A stretch of 64,000 nt of DNA from contig NC_043003.1 of assembly GCF_006345805.1 (NCBI RefSeq), positions 18,414,001-18,478,000 of the forward strand, given 5' to 3'. The stretch comes from Octopus sinensis. Lineage: Eukaryota. This document shows positions 50,830 to 63,742 of this stretch, piece after piece. A program made the translations under genes and the position numbers. Within the stretch, counting starts at the first letter, position 1; every line of letters begins with the position of its first letter. The notes under the pieces were generated by a model. That model was not told where the DNA came from. It did not search any database and saw only the letters and a program-made list of their open reading frames with translations.

Positions 50830-51130
50830 TATCCGTAATATTGAAGAGTCTGCCTATGCTTTCATGTGCAAGTGAGACATGGGCTACTATTAACAGGATA
50901 GAACACAAAGGGCCATGGCTGCAACACAAAGGGCCATGGAAAAATCCATGATAGGAATATCATTACGAGAACATATTTAAAATGAGCAACAGGTGGACCC
51001 ATGCAGTTGCTAAGTGGTATCCCAGGGTCACTTGGAAGGCCTCCACAATGATGGGAAGACTATTTAGTTTAGCAATTTGGGTCAAGATAGAAAAGAAAGA
51101 GAATTGGAAGCGCATTGTGATCAGCAGTGT
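50830..51130 (+). pseudogene. RTE ORF C-terminal remnant of a different lineage
   Basis: LPMLSCASETWAT...QRAMEKSMIGISLREHI...RWTHAVAKWYPR...GRPP across frameshifts. Confidence 0.7.
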
Positions 51131-51199
51131 ATAACAGCATTTGATGGTCTGTTCATAACTGTGATCTGTGATATATATAATATATATGTATTATTCTTT

Positions 51200-52015
51200 T
51201 ATTCTTTTACTTGTTTCAGTCATTTGACTGCGGCCATGCTGGAGCACTGCCTTGAAAGGTGTTAGTTGAGTAAATCGACCCCAGAACTTATTCTTTGTAA
51301 GCCTAGTACTTATTCTGTTGATCTCTTTTGCCAAACTGTTATAGGGACATAAACATACCAGTATTGATTGTCAAGCGATGGCAGGGGAGACAAACACAGA
51401 CACACACATAAATATATACATACATACATACATACATATATATATATATATATTGTTGTTGGCATCCTTTTGTCTCGGGAGACAATGGAGTTGCACATAA
51501 ACTAATCCAATATGGGTTTTACATTCCATGTCCTCTCCAGTTTTGCGCAGGCCTGGGCTAGATGTAAGAAAATCCTGGGTAGCCCAATCGTCAGGATTCC
51601 TCTCTCGACCTTGCTGATGTAATCCAAAGGAGTGCAGAGCATTATGTTTGGCACCAGCTTGGTTGCAGGAACTGCCAGAAGAGTGTCGAGTCGAACACTA
51701 AACCATCTATGGGGTTCTAAAGTTGACTCCTTTCCATAACCCTGGATAGGGCCCCATTCAGGGTAGTCAGCCGGAGCCAGCTGAGCCTGGGACTCGTGTC
51801 AGGCAGGGTCATCACTCCCTGAAGCAATGAAGAAAATCACTACCTGCTACCTACTATATATATATATATATATATATACACACGATGGGCTTCTTCCGGT
51901 TTCCTTCTACCAAATCCACTCACAAGGCTTTGGTCAGCCTGAGGATATAGTAGAAGACATTTGCCCAGGGTGCCACGCAGTGGGACTGAACCCGGAACCA
52001 TATGGTTGGGAAGCA
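51200..52015 (-). mobile_element. SINE family 2 split by an RTE-derived insert
   Basis: Tail half 51200-51450; head half 51850-52015. Confidence 0.8.
51452..51830 (-). mobile_element. Short internally deleted RTE (5' UTR + ORF start + 3' tail)
   Basis: Minus strand: UTR-like sequence, then ...RTWNVKPILD (endonuclease-start-like), joined to CCATTGTCTCCCGAGACAAAAGGATGCCAACAAC. Confidence 0.55.
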
Positions 52016-52042
52016 CCCATGTAATAATTAAATTATGTAAAG

Positions 52043-52300
52043 GCATGTGGCTTAGTGGTTAGTAGGTACTCGGCTCACAATCGCAAGCCATGAGTTCAAT
52101 TCCTGGCAATGCTGCTCCAGTTCACTCAGCTGGGAAAAATGAGTAGTACTTGTATTTCAAAGGGCTAGCCATGTCACACTCTGTGTCATGCTGAATCTCC
52201 TTGAGAACTATGTTAACGGTACACCTGTCTGTGGAGTGCTCAACTACTTGCATTTCAAAGGCCCAGCCTTGTCACACTGCATGTCATGCTGAATCATCAT
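52043..52300 (+). mobile_element. SINE family 3, tail variant as at 3745-4036
   Basis: GGCATGTGGCTTAGTGGTTAG head; CTGAATCTCCTTGAGAAC tail. Confidence 0.75.
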
Positions 52301-52590
52301 CATCATCATCATCATTTAACGTCCATTTTCCATGCTAGCATGGGTTGGACGGTTCAACTGGGATCTGGGAAGCCATGAGGCTGCACCAGGCTCCAGTCTG
52401 ATCTGGCAGTGTTTCTACAGCTGGATGCCCTTCCTAACGCCAACTACTCCGTGAGTGTAGTGGGTGCTTTTTATGTGCCAAGGGAGGCTGGCAACGGCCA
52501 CAATTCGGTTGGTGCTTTTTACATGCCATTGGCACGGAAGCCAGTCAAGGTGGCACTGGCATCAGCCACGTTCGGATGGTGCTTTTTTAG
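52300..52590 (-). mobile_element. RTE 3' tail copy
   Basis: Close match to 9388-9680. Confidence 0.85.
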
Positions 52591-53329
52591 AATTACATTA
52601 AGGGTACATGTGCCTGTTGAGTGCTCAGCCACTTGCATGTTAATTTTGTGTGCAGTCTGTTCTGTTGATTGTATCAATTGGAACCCTCTTTGCTGTAGCT
52701 GACAGAGTTCCACAATTAAATTGCATATTAAGCACTTGTTATGAGTGTAGTCCATCAGTCCATGGAATAATCATCTTGCATAAAAACAGTCAGTTAAACA
52801 TAAAAAATGATTGAGGACTGCTGCTCCAGAAGGACATTTTTTAATAGCGATTGAAGGCTATGTGTCTTTACACCCCCCATTTAAATAAAAAAAATGTCAT
52901 TTCTCATCTTTCTTTCTAGGAGATTATTCATGTTGTAACCAGACATGTCCTAAATTTATATGAAATGTTTTTCAGCTGCCATTATATTTCAGCAAGTTCA
53001 TTATTTCTTAATTCACACACAATAAATTGTATTTGTATGTTATGTAATACAGTAATGTATTATGTATTCTTTTATTCATTATATATATATATATATGTAG
53101 TAGAATTAGAAAGTCCTTGGTGTTATATATTTGAAAAATTGAGATAGAAATCGCTTTTCTCTTGATTTTTCCACTTAAATAATTAGATGTTTATATATTA
53201 TTAGGCGTTCTCAATTCGTAAACACCGAATGATTTATAAACATCTAATTATTAAAGTGGAAAAAAAAAACAGCAGGAAAGCCATCTCTATTCATTGTTTC
53301 AAGTATATATATATAATGATAAACGTTGC

Positions 53330-53545
53330 CCTTTTCAAGCTCATGGGCCCGGTTTTCCAGTTTCTGTAGCGTTTGTGTTCCCCCCAGCTGGACAGGATGC
53401 CAGTCCATCGCAGCATTATTCAAGAAACAGGAGCCTCGTGGACCTTTTAGGTGTTTTCGCTCAATAAACACACGCAATGCTCAGTCTGGGAATCGAACCC
53501 ACGATCCTCCGACCGCGAGTCTGCTGCCCTAACCCTGGGCCATTG
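53330..53545 (-). mobile_element. SINE family 3 subfamily
   Basis: Minus strand TGGCCCAGGGTTAG...GGTTCGATTCC; inverted relative to 54371-54670. Confidence 0.8.
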
Positions 53546-53599
53546 TGCCTCCAGATACACACACACACACACATACACATATATATATATATGTATATG

Positions 53600-53666
<67 letters not shown>

Positions 53667-53785
53667 GTATATATATGCATTAAGAAGAGCATCTGGCCAT
53701 AAAAACCATGCCAAAGCAGACAGGGATCTGAACAGCCCTTCAGTTGGTCAGTTCCAGTCCAACCAGATGTTAAATGATGATGATG

Positions 53786-53820
<35 letters not shown>

Positions 53821-54370
53821 TACATGTATATACATGTATATACATGTATATACATATATATACATATCCATATATATATACACACACATATACATATATA
53901 TATGTATGCATGTATGTATGTATTTATAAATGTGTGTGTGTGTATGTGTACACACACACCACACACACTGTGGCAGGTAAAAAGTGAAAATCACTCGTTA
54001 TTTTTTTAGCTCAAGGTGAAGTTTGATTTAAGTCTGTGATCAAAGGCATTATTATTCTGTTTATGATTTCCTCCGAAAACACACACAAACACACACATAG
54101 AGTAGACCTATAATTGAAGACCTTCCAGTCATTGACCCACCCTCTCTTCTTTTTGGGTTATTTAAGCACTGTGTAGCTAGGACTACATTATCCAATGTCT
54201 CCTTCCCATTTAAAGATGACAAGGTATGACTTGAGATTGATTTGGTTGCTATTTCTAATAGATGCCCCTTCCATAATCATGCTCTACCAACTTACAGCAG
54301 GAAGAGCATTGGATAATCTGGCCTTGAATATATTTTGGTAAAAAAAAATGGATGGTAATAGTTGGAATTG

Positions 54371-54670
54371 TGGAGGTGCAATGGCCCAGTGGTTAGGGCA
54401 GTGGACTCGCGGTCGGAGGATCGCAGTTTCGATTCCCAGACCGGGCGTTGTGTGTGTTTATTGAGCGAAAACACCTAAAAGCTCCATGAGGCTTCAGCAG
54501 GGGTGGTGGAGACCCCTGTTGTACTCTTTCACCACAACTTTCTCTCACTTTCTCTTCCTGTTTCTTGATTAACGCTGTGATGGGCTGGCGTCTCGTCCAG
54601 CTGGAGTGAACACATACGTCATAGAAACCGGGAAACTGGGCCCATGAGCCTGGCTAGGCTCGAAAAGGGC
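54371..54670 (+). mobile_element. SINE family 3 subfamily with an extra ~70-bp internal segment
   Basis: A-box TGGCCCAGTGG, B-box GTTTCGATTCC. Confidence 0.8.
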
Positions 54671-56391
54671 GACGAGAATAGCTGGAATACTTTTATCATA
54701 GATGTAATCAACTTAATCCATTTATCTGCCCTTGTTTGTGCCCTCTATGTTTAGCCTCTTGTGGGCAGTAAAGAAATAAGAAGCATCACCTGGGGCAGAC
54801 CACCCCATTCTTGGCTACATCATTGCCAAGGACCTTGATCTTTGTCAACCTATGTGCATAGGACACTTTCAGCATTCTTCTAAGCCAGTGGTTTCCAAAC
54901 TTTTTTGGGCTGCCACCTCCTTAACATCCAAACCACATTCCTAGCACTCCCACCCCAACTAACTTTTCTGAAGCAAATTCAAAGCAACTGTATTGAACAA
55001 AAAAAAATTAACCTAATGAACCCATTATTTTGTTGTTTTTACATGAATCACTACCCCATTATTGCCCCCCACCTTCTTCAATGCCTCCTTAGAACTTTCC
55101 CCGCCCTCAGGGGAGCAATAGTGACCACTTTGGAAACCATTGTTCTAAGCAGCCACAACTCAACAACATTGAATAAAGTAGTTTAAAATGTTACCGTGGT
55201 AGAAGGAAAATAAGTGTTTCTGACAATTCCTCTACCTAGACACAAATACTATATTCTTAGGCAAGTCACTTAACTTTACAGTTAAGTAACTTGCTTAAGT
55301 TTACTTTCCAGGAAATTGGCTTTTAAAGTGAGGCTTGTTCACTGGTTCATTGACATCAAACAGATTGTATCGTGTGTGACTGGTTAAGCTGCTTATGATG
55401 CAAGTAGAAATCAGGTATTATGGACTAGTTGAAAATACTCAACATGCCAATATGCTGTTGATAGTTTAAAAAGAGTAATACGCAAGCGACAGCAGCATCT
55501 TAAAAATTACTGTCAAAGGAAAGTTCAATGGATTTTTGTGTCTTTACATTAAAGACTCTATCGTATGTTTTACTTTGATAAATATATTTGTAAGTCCATG
55601 ATAAGTAGATAACAAAATATATGCTGGAGAAAGTTCTAAGTTGATAGAGAAAATGGGTAAGATATATGAAAATATACACTGAGAAAATTCTCTATAGGTG
55701 CAGGCAGGGCTGTGTGGTTAAGAAGCTCACTTTGCAGCCACATGGTTTCAGGTTCAATCCCATTACATGGCACCTTGGGCAAGCATCTTCTACTATAGCC
55801 TTGGGCTGACCAAAGCCTTGTGAGTGAATTTGGTAGACAGAAGCTATGGAAACCAGGGATGTGCTGTCTAGGTAGGCAAGGTAGACAGTGCCTACCTTGA
55901 ATAAAATAGATTGATTACAACATTTTTCTTTTATGGCAAAATATGTGCCTAATTCAATAAAATTATGAAGGTTACTCTGATTACTATGCATAAAATGCAA
56001 ACTATCTTATTTTTTTGTAGATTAGGTAGGCCTAATTCATCCCTGCTTTTCAATCTCAGTATCTAATCTATGCATAATACTGCTGTAGTACACATGCTGC
56101 GTACACTCCTACAACAACGTTTTCTTTATGTGCTATAAAGGCAGAAATAGATCTGCCTTCAACTCAGTCACACGCCTGTATTTCACTTATTTTTGTGTGT
56201 TTTACTACATAAAGGTCACCAACTGCCTACCCTGAGTAATTAATGATGGCACATGCCTGGTGGAAACTCACCATATACATGTGTGTGCATGCATGTGTGT
56301 GTGTATGCTCAAGGAAGCAAGACATTCCAGAATATGATAGATGCTTGATGTCAGGTATTCATCTGGTTGCACGTTTCTGAGCAATTTCCAG

Positions 56392-56768
56392 TAGTGGCTG
56401 TGTGGTATGTAACTTGCTTACCAGCCATATGGTTCTGGGTTCAGTCCCACTGCATGGCACTTTGGGCAAGTGTCTTCTACTATAGCCTCAGGCCGACCAA
56501 AGCCTTGTGAGTGGATTTGATAGACGGAAACTGATAAAGCCTGTTGTATATATGTGTGTGTGTATTGTGTGTCTGTATTTGTCCTCCCAATATCACTTGA
56601 CAACCGATGCTGGTGTGTTTACATCCCTGTAACTTAGTGGTTCAGCAAAAGAGACTGATAGAATAAGTACTAGGCTTACAAAGAATAAGTCCTGGGGTTG
56701 ATTTATTCGACTAAAGGTGGTGCTCCAGCATGGCCACAGTCAAATGACTGAAACAAGTAAAAGAGTAA
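56392..56768 (+). mobile_element. SINE family 2
   Basis: Full copy. Confidence 0.88.
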
Positions 56769-56936
56769 TACTAAGCAAGATAGGGTTTCTAGACTGATGA
56801 TGCAAACTCTAACTGTGGACCTACCATAGCCATATACAGTTTTGAATAGATACCTGGAGAGCTGCTGACGAGGGTTTTACTGAGTACTACTCTGAATGTT
56901 GATGGCATAGAATGTAACATGGCATGCTATGGTCTA

Positions 56937-57415
56937 CCCTTTTGATACCAACCTGACTGAAACCATCTCTGGCTCTGTAGTACAAATGTCTTGCTTTCAT
57001 AAGTTTTGAATTAAAATCTTCCACCAAACGTTGGTCACAATTTATGTTCCTAACACTAGCTTAATGGTGACTAAGTTATTTTACTAAATTCTTTATTATA
57101 TTTGAAATTAATTGAAAGAAATACAGAGTGTCTAAACAGAAATATGGTAACAAAAAGGTTAAAATATATAATAGAAAAACAATTCTTAACCCTTTTGATA
57201 CCAACCCAGCTGAAACCAGCTCTGGCTCTGAGTACAAATCTCTTGTTTTCATAAGTTTTGAATTAAAATTTTCCACCAAACCTTAGTTACAATTTATGTT
57301 CCTAACACTAGCTTAACAGTAACTAAGTTATTTTACTAAGCTCTTTGTTATATTTAAAATTAATTGAAAGAAACATAGAGCATCTCAAAATAAATACGGT
57401 AATGAAAGGAATAAA
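56937..57415. mobile_element. Two tandem piggyBac-like MITEs (about 225 bp each)
   Basis: CCCTTTTGATACC...GGTAACAAAAAGG|TTAA, then TTAA|CCCTTTTGATACC at 57186. Confidence 0.7.
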
Positions 57416-58094
57416 GGGGTGGTGGTGGTGGTTGTGGTCATGATTGCAATATAGGTTTGGCAAGGTATGCAAATTTTTGACTTCTGCAGGTAACACAGCA
57501 AATGGTTGATGTTGGCATTACAGAACAGTTTAGATTTATTTAGATTGCACTGATTAACTTTAATTACCATTCCAGAGTTGATGAAATAGCCAAGAGATAT
57601 ATTAATTCAATTAAATTAATTCCTTCTGCTACCAAATAACAACAACAACGACAACGACGACGACAACGACGACGACGACGACGACGATGATGAATAAATA
57701 AATAAATAAATAAATAAATATGTCATGCCTTGCGAAAATAAGTATTGATGCGATATACAACTATAGTAAAATGAAATCATAATTAATTTTTAAAATATTT
57801 ATCGAATCTGCATTTAGAATTATATTGTTATTATTTGTCTTTTTCCTTTATGCCTGTGGTAATAAATGAAATCACGATGTCTCCAGCAGGATTTTTTTGA
57901 AGTTCAAATCCAGTTGTGGCAGACTTTGCTTTCCATCCTTCTGGGGGGGGGTTGGTAAAATAACTATTAGTCGAGTAGTGAGGGTTGATTTTTATCATGT
58001 CTAACCTCTGCACGAATTTGTGATTTGGTGCTAATATGAGAAATTATTATTTCTATTTTCAATGTTTTTTATTGTGTATGACAGATGTGGTTGG

Positions 58095-58550
58095 TTGGTT
58101 GTGTGGTAAGAAGCTTCCTTCTCACACATAGTTTTAGGTTCAGTCCCACTGTGTGGCACCTTGGGCATATGTATTCTGCTATAACACCCCAAGGCCAACT
58201 AAAGCCTTATGAGTGGATTTAGTAAATGGAAACTGAAAAACAAACCCATCGTGTGCGTGCGTGCGTGCGTGTGTGTGTGTGTGTGTGTGTGTGCGTGTGT
58301 GTGTGTGTGTTTCTAGTTCCTTGTCTTGACACTGTGTGGTAGTTGTAAATGGGTGTTGTTGTCATACAAGCCATGCCATTCATTTCCAATATTCTGCCAA
58401 AACAAGCCTGGCTATGGGGAAATATTACTTTCCTTGGAAACAGGTGGGATTCGGTGACAAGGACACCGGGCAGTAGAAAATTTGCCTCAGTAAATTCCAT
58501 TTGACCAATGCAAGTATGGACAAGTGGACGTTGAAACCATGACGATGATG
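58095..58550 (+). mobile_element. Family 2 head + (GT)n + alternative body ending in an RTE-type tail
   Basis: Head at 58095-58250; tail ...GCAAGTATGGACAAGTGGACGTTGAAACCATGACGATGATG. Confidence 0.65.
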
Positions 58551-59065
58551 ACCAACCCTAACTTTGCATGTTTGTGAGTTCAATACTTGGAAATAATCTC
58601 ATACATGATGGTCACAGCTAGAAAACATTTGACTCTAGGTTTGATTAGTTATGGTTAACCTGGGGCTAAATTAACAACCACAACAACAACTAGCAGAGTT
58701 ATAAGAGCATCAGATAGAATTTGTTCTAATCACCTATGACCCAAGTTCAAAAGCCATCAATGTCAAACTGCCTTTCCTCCCCTGGGGTCTAATAAAAAAA
58801 CAGTATCAATCTAGGGCTATGGATTGATGGAACTGTAAGAACTGTAGACCAAAAGAACTGTAGTATCTGTTCTGCCTCTCTGTATTCTGAGCTCAAATCC
58901 CACTATGTCCTACTTGGATGGTGGACTTAATCTTCTGCTAGGGTTGGATTAAGACTCATAGAGGACCTAAGCACTGAAAAGATTTTGGCAACCCTGTATA
59001 TATGTAATTCAAAATATAAACAATAATAAGCCATAAAATGTATTTTTATTTTTCAAATAGATTAA

Positions 59066-59275
59066 CCCTTTAGCATTTATCTGGTCAAAAGTATTTTGCC
59101 TGTTTTATGTTAAAACTGGCCAGATCTGGTCTCTTACACCAACCCTACAATATTGTTTGAAAAATGAACAGCTACCTCATCAAAATCTCATAGCTACAAG
59201 ATAATGCATGATTAGTTCAAAACCATGTGACTAAAAAAGTATTACTTATGACAGAATAATGTGAATACTAAAGGG
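59066..59275. mobile_element. piggyBac-like MITE
   Basis: TTAA|CCCTTTAGCATT...AATACTAAAGGG|TTAA. Confidence 0.85.
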
Positions 59276-60283
59276 TTAAAATAGAAAATAATGTTTATTT
59301 TTGTATATTTCCACTTTATTTATATTTGAAAAGTTTTCTCCTACATTTTTTTTAATTGCAAAGTCTTTGATCGGATCAGATCCTCAAAATTAATCTTACA
59401 TAACACATCTGCTTCTACACTTAGAAGAGATAAATCATTCCAAATATTATTTTAACAAGTTTAAAGTGATTTCTTTTGTGCTGTAAACCATTTACCATTC
59501 TTGCGGTGACCCCCCACTTCCTTGATGTCTGAAGCATTCAGTGCTTATTTTGCTTAGTGGCTAATCCCGTACAGTCTGCTGCCCAGTCTAATACCACTGT
59601 CTGGAATATTAAGTACCTTAAACAGAAAAGTCAATGGTTGCAAGCATTTGGACTAGGACTTTGGTTTGAGAAAACCTTCCTGTCTCTCTCTCATTTTTCT
59701 GCCAGTCTTGGAGGCTCTGCACAGCAAACTCAAGTAACAAGATAAAGAAAAAGAAAGATAAACAACAATAACACTCTCAGTTGTGTTATTTTCTTTACAA
59801 TTTTTTCAGAGAGTAAACAAAACTACACTGTTGATAAGCAACTAATTGAAAAGAACAAAATATATAAATTCACGAAACTTTCATGAATGGAAAGTTCTAA
59901 ATAAGAGATAATAACAGAAAATACAATTACATCTTTGATAACAATTTCTGTTATTCAAGCCAAAAGAGTTAACACAGTTCTGAAATCACTTCCAGGCCTA
60001 TATAAAGCTGATTATTTCAAGGTAAATCTAACAAACCTGCCCAGTGTATCTTCAGACATGTAATCAAACCATTCTGTTGCAGTGATGATGGAATATAGAG
60101 GAATGTAATAATGGTTCTTTTTGTATGTCTTGGTGTTATTTTCGGACTGTTCTTATCTTATACATTTTTGTGATTGTGTGATGTGTGTTAATTGGCACAT
60201 CATCCAGTGGGATATATAGGGGTGTTTGTGTGCTGTATGTTGCTATATATATATATATATGAAGCTAGATGCACACATATATG

Positions 60284-60351
<68 letters not shown>

Positions 60352-60479
60352 TGTATATTTTATGTTTTTCATAGAAGACAGGAAACAAACAACACCACTT
60401 GTATAACGGTTATTCTGGTTTACAATGTGAAGACAAAGATACACACACACACATATGTATATATATATATATATCTTTT

Positions 60480-60886
60480 ATCTTTTTCTTTTACTTGTTT
60501 CAGTCATTTGACTGCGGCCATGCTGGAGCACCGCCTTTAGTCGAGCAACTCGACCCCGGGACTTATTCTTTTGTAAGCCCAGTACTTATTCTATCGGTCT
60601 CTTTTTGCCAAACCACTAAGTAACGGGGACATAAACACACCAGCATCGGTTGTCAAGCAATGCTAGGGGGACAAACACAGACACACAAACACACACACAC
60701 GCATATATATATATATATATACGACAGGCTTCTTTCAGTTTCCGTCTACCAAATCCACTCACAAGGCTTTCATCAGCCCTAGGCTATAGTAGAAGACACT
60801 TGCCCAAGATGCCACGCAGTGGGACTGAACTTGGAACCATGTGGTTGGTAAGCAAGCTACTTACCACACAGCCACTCCTGCGCCTA
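60480..60886 (-). mobile_element. SINE family 2
   Basis: Full copy. Confidence 0.88.
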
Positions 60887-61165
60887 TATATATATATTAT
60901 ATAAACATGACATTTTTCTTTCTGTCCAAACCCACTAAGAAGGCTTTGGTTGACCTGGGGCTATAGTAGAAGACACTTGCTCAAGGTGCCATGCAATGGG
61001 ACTGAACCTGAGACCACATGGTTGGTAAGCAAAGTTCTCAACCACACAGCCATGCCTGCCTGGGCCTTTCATGATAAAAAAATATCGTGGCACAGCTTAG
61101 CATACAGAAAACTTAAGATGAATCTTAAGTAAGTGAACTGCAGTTTGTAAGCTTTATACTCTTTT

Positions 61166-61528
61166 ACTCTTTTACTTGTTTCAGTCAGTTGACTGTGGCC
61201 ATGCTGGAGCACCACCTTTAGTCGAGCAAATTGAGCCCAGGACTTATTCTTTGTAAGCCTAGTACTTATTCTATTGGTCTCTTTTGCCAAACTGCTAAGT
61301 TACGGAGACGCAAACACACCAGCATCGGTTGTCAAGCGATGTTGGGGGGACAAACACAGACACACCGATGCTGGTGTGTTTGCGTCCCCGTAACTTAGCA
61401 GTTTGGCAAAAGAGATCAGTAGAATAAGTACTAGGCTTACAAAGAATAAGTCCTGGGCTCAATTTGCTCGACTAAAAGGCAGTGCTCCAGCATGGCCACA
61501 GTCAAATGACTGAAACAAGAAAGAGTAT
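61166..61528. repeat. Fold-back palindrome of a family 2 SINE tail
   Basis: Arms 61166-61329 and 61364-61528 with a 34-nt spacer; both arms share non-consensus bases. Confidence 0.9.
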
Positions 61529-62041
61529 ATACAAAAAAAAAAGTAAAGGAGATGGCCTTGGCTTGTTTCACTGTTAATTTATCACTCATCAGAGACCAAA
61601 TAACTCCTCATTCCTCTGCACACAAAAAGAACCTACCACCAATAGCTATTTATATCAAACACAAACTAGAACTTGGTTAGGCCTATTTGCATACTGTTCG
61701 TCTGTTTGTGGTGTGAACAAATAATAAAATACTTATGCACAGCATAGATAAGAAAACTTGAGATAAATTATATGTGTAGACATCTTTTTACTCTCTTAAT
61801 AGCCACAAATAAACACTTATGTTGTTTGGTCAAGAAGCTTTTGTTTTTCAACCACATGGCTTTAGGTTCGGTCCCACAGTGAGATACCTTGGTTAGATAT
61901 TTTCTACTATAGCCACAAATCCTTGTGGGTAGATTTGTTACATGGAAACTGAAAGAAGCCTGTCATCTATGTGTGTGAGTTTGTGTGTGTATGTGCATGG
62001 CTATGTGATTGTGTCTTCTTTTCTTCATAATATCTGTCTCT

Positions 62042-62131
<90 letters not shown>

Positions 62132-62301
62132 ATATATATATATATATATTATATCTATCTATCTATTTAGTTTTTAATCACATCCTACAAAATATATTGT
62201 AAATATACTTTGAAGTAAATGCAGTATAAATCTCATAAGGAAAAAAAATGAAGTAGAAATGTAAATATCTTCATTTATATTCTCTAATTTTGACTACTAC
62301 A

Positions 62302-62345
<44 letters not shown>

Positions 62346-62734
62346 AGAGAGAGAGATTATGAAGACAAGAAGACACAATCACAGAGCTATACACACAAAC
62401 ACACACACACACAACACACACACACACACACACATATATGTATATTCTGTTATTCTTTTACTTGTTTCAGTCATTTGACTGCAGCCATACTGGAACATTG
62501 CCTTAAGGGGTTGTCCCCTCAATGATTAGCCAGAGATGATTTTTAGAATGAGAATATCTGAAATAAACTCAGTTGCTCTCACAAACGAGAATACTAAAAA
62601 TGAACCCAACCACTCTCAGAAATTAATTTAAAAAAAAACAGGAAAATAATCCAGAATCCTTGTCCAGTACCTGATCAATCCCAATGATAGTCATGGAATG
62701 TGAAGGTGGCTTGCTGGCCATGTTTGCAATGCAG

Positions 62735-62930
62735 TGTGTATGTCATCTGCAGATCGGAACAAGAACAGTTTTCTCTATGAAGGCCTTTTTTAGACTATCC
62801 ACTGATATAGTGTCTTTATGACTGTTTAGGTCTGTAGTGAAACATTTATCTGTGCGTGAAAGAAAATGGAAAGGATCTGCATATAGTGCTGTTAATGGAA
62901 GTTTAACAACATCATTGTGTACAAAAACGT
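62735..62930 (-). pseudogene. Gypsy/Ty3 integrase C-terminal (GPY/F) remnant
   Basis: THVFVHNDVVKLPLTALYADPFHFLSRTDKCFTTDLNSHKDTISVDSLKKAFIE resembles the P.Y.GPF.V...TVSIDRLK.AF motif. Confidence 0.8.
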
Positions 62931-63304
62931 GAGTCTAAGAAGTAAAGCTTCTTTCAATGCAGTGCTAGAAATGCAATTGTCAAGTAGGTAAGAGGTTTTA
63001 AACAGGAGTGATATAGTAAAAATTAGTAAAACTAAAAATTGTCAAGGATAAATTGAATTTATTATTGTTATTGAATATGTTAGTGTTATTTAATTTCTGA
63101 ATGGTTTCGCTGCCGTTTGTTTGTGTAATTCGATTTCTTTATCCATCAGTTTCTACTAAGAGATGCGAGTAAAATTGATAATAGAGAAACGAAAATAAAA
63201 CTCTGAAAACAGCAACACCACCATAACTTACATGGAAACCATGAGTGTGCTTTCAAGGGAGATAATCAGAGAAAGACTTGAAAGTCAATATAAGATCGTA
63301 ATAC

Positions 63305-63527
63305 TTCATGTAAAGTAAATATAACAAATAATCCAGAATCCTTGTCTGGTACTGGATCGATCCCCAAATCTAACCAGTTTGTGTCAGTCATGAGGCCAAA
63401 CATCCCTGAAAGTTTCATCCAAATCCATCCAGCAGTTCTTGAGATGTCCACAGACATGCAAAACAAGCAAACATGATTGAAAACAATATCTCCACCTTCA
63501 TTAACGCAGAGGTAATAATAATAATCT
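63305..63527 (-). mobile_element. Helentron/HINE-like non-autonomous element
   Basis: Minus strand TTATTACCTCTGC...GGTGGAGATATTGTTTT...CTGCTGGATGGATTTGGATGAAACTT; partial copy at 62645-62690. Confidence 0.55.
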
Positions 63528-63534
63528 TTCAACA

Positions 63535-63742
63535 TTAGGCACAAGGCCTGAAATTTTGCGAGAGGGGGCTAGTTGATTGCAATCGACCCCAATGTTTCAC
63601 TGGTAATTAATTTATCAACCCTGAAAAGATGAAAGGCAAAGTCAACCTTGGTGGAATTTGAACTCAGAATGTAGCAACAGGTGAAGTACTGTTAAGCGTT
63701 TCACCCAACATGCTTACAATTCTACCTGCTTGCCACCTTTAA
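63535..63742 (-). mobile_element. SINE family 1, tail B
   Basis: Full reverse-complement copy flanked by (TAA)n. Confidence 0.8.

Noticed and set aside
19467-54670. tRNA genes suggested by A/B boxes
   Set aside because: These are SINE heads: there is no acceptor stem or cloverleaf, and each continues into a repeat body.
55290-55540. Short open frames (e.g. LTSHTRYNLFDVNEPVNKPHFKSQFPGK, minus)
   Set aside because: Weak splice signals and no recognisable protein.
59560-60140. Unique-looking stretch with short frames (AKRVNTVLKSLPGLYKADYFK; YYIPLYSIITATEWFDYMSEDTLG)
   Set aside because: No convincing acceptor and no family match; it cannot be supported as an exon without expression data.
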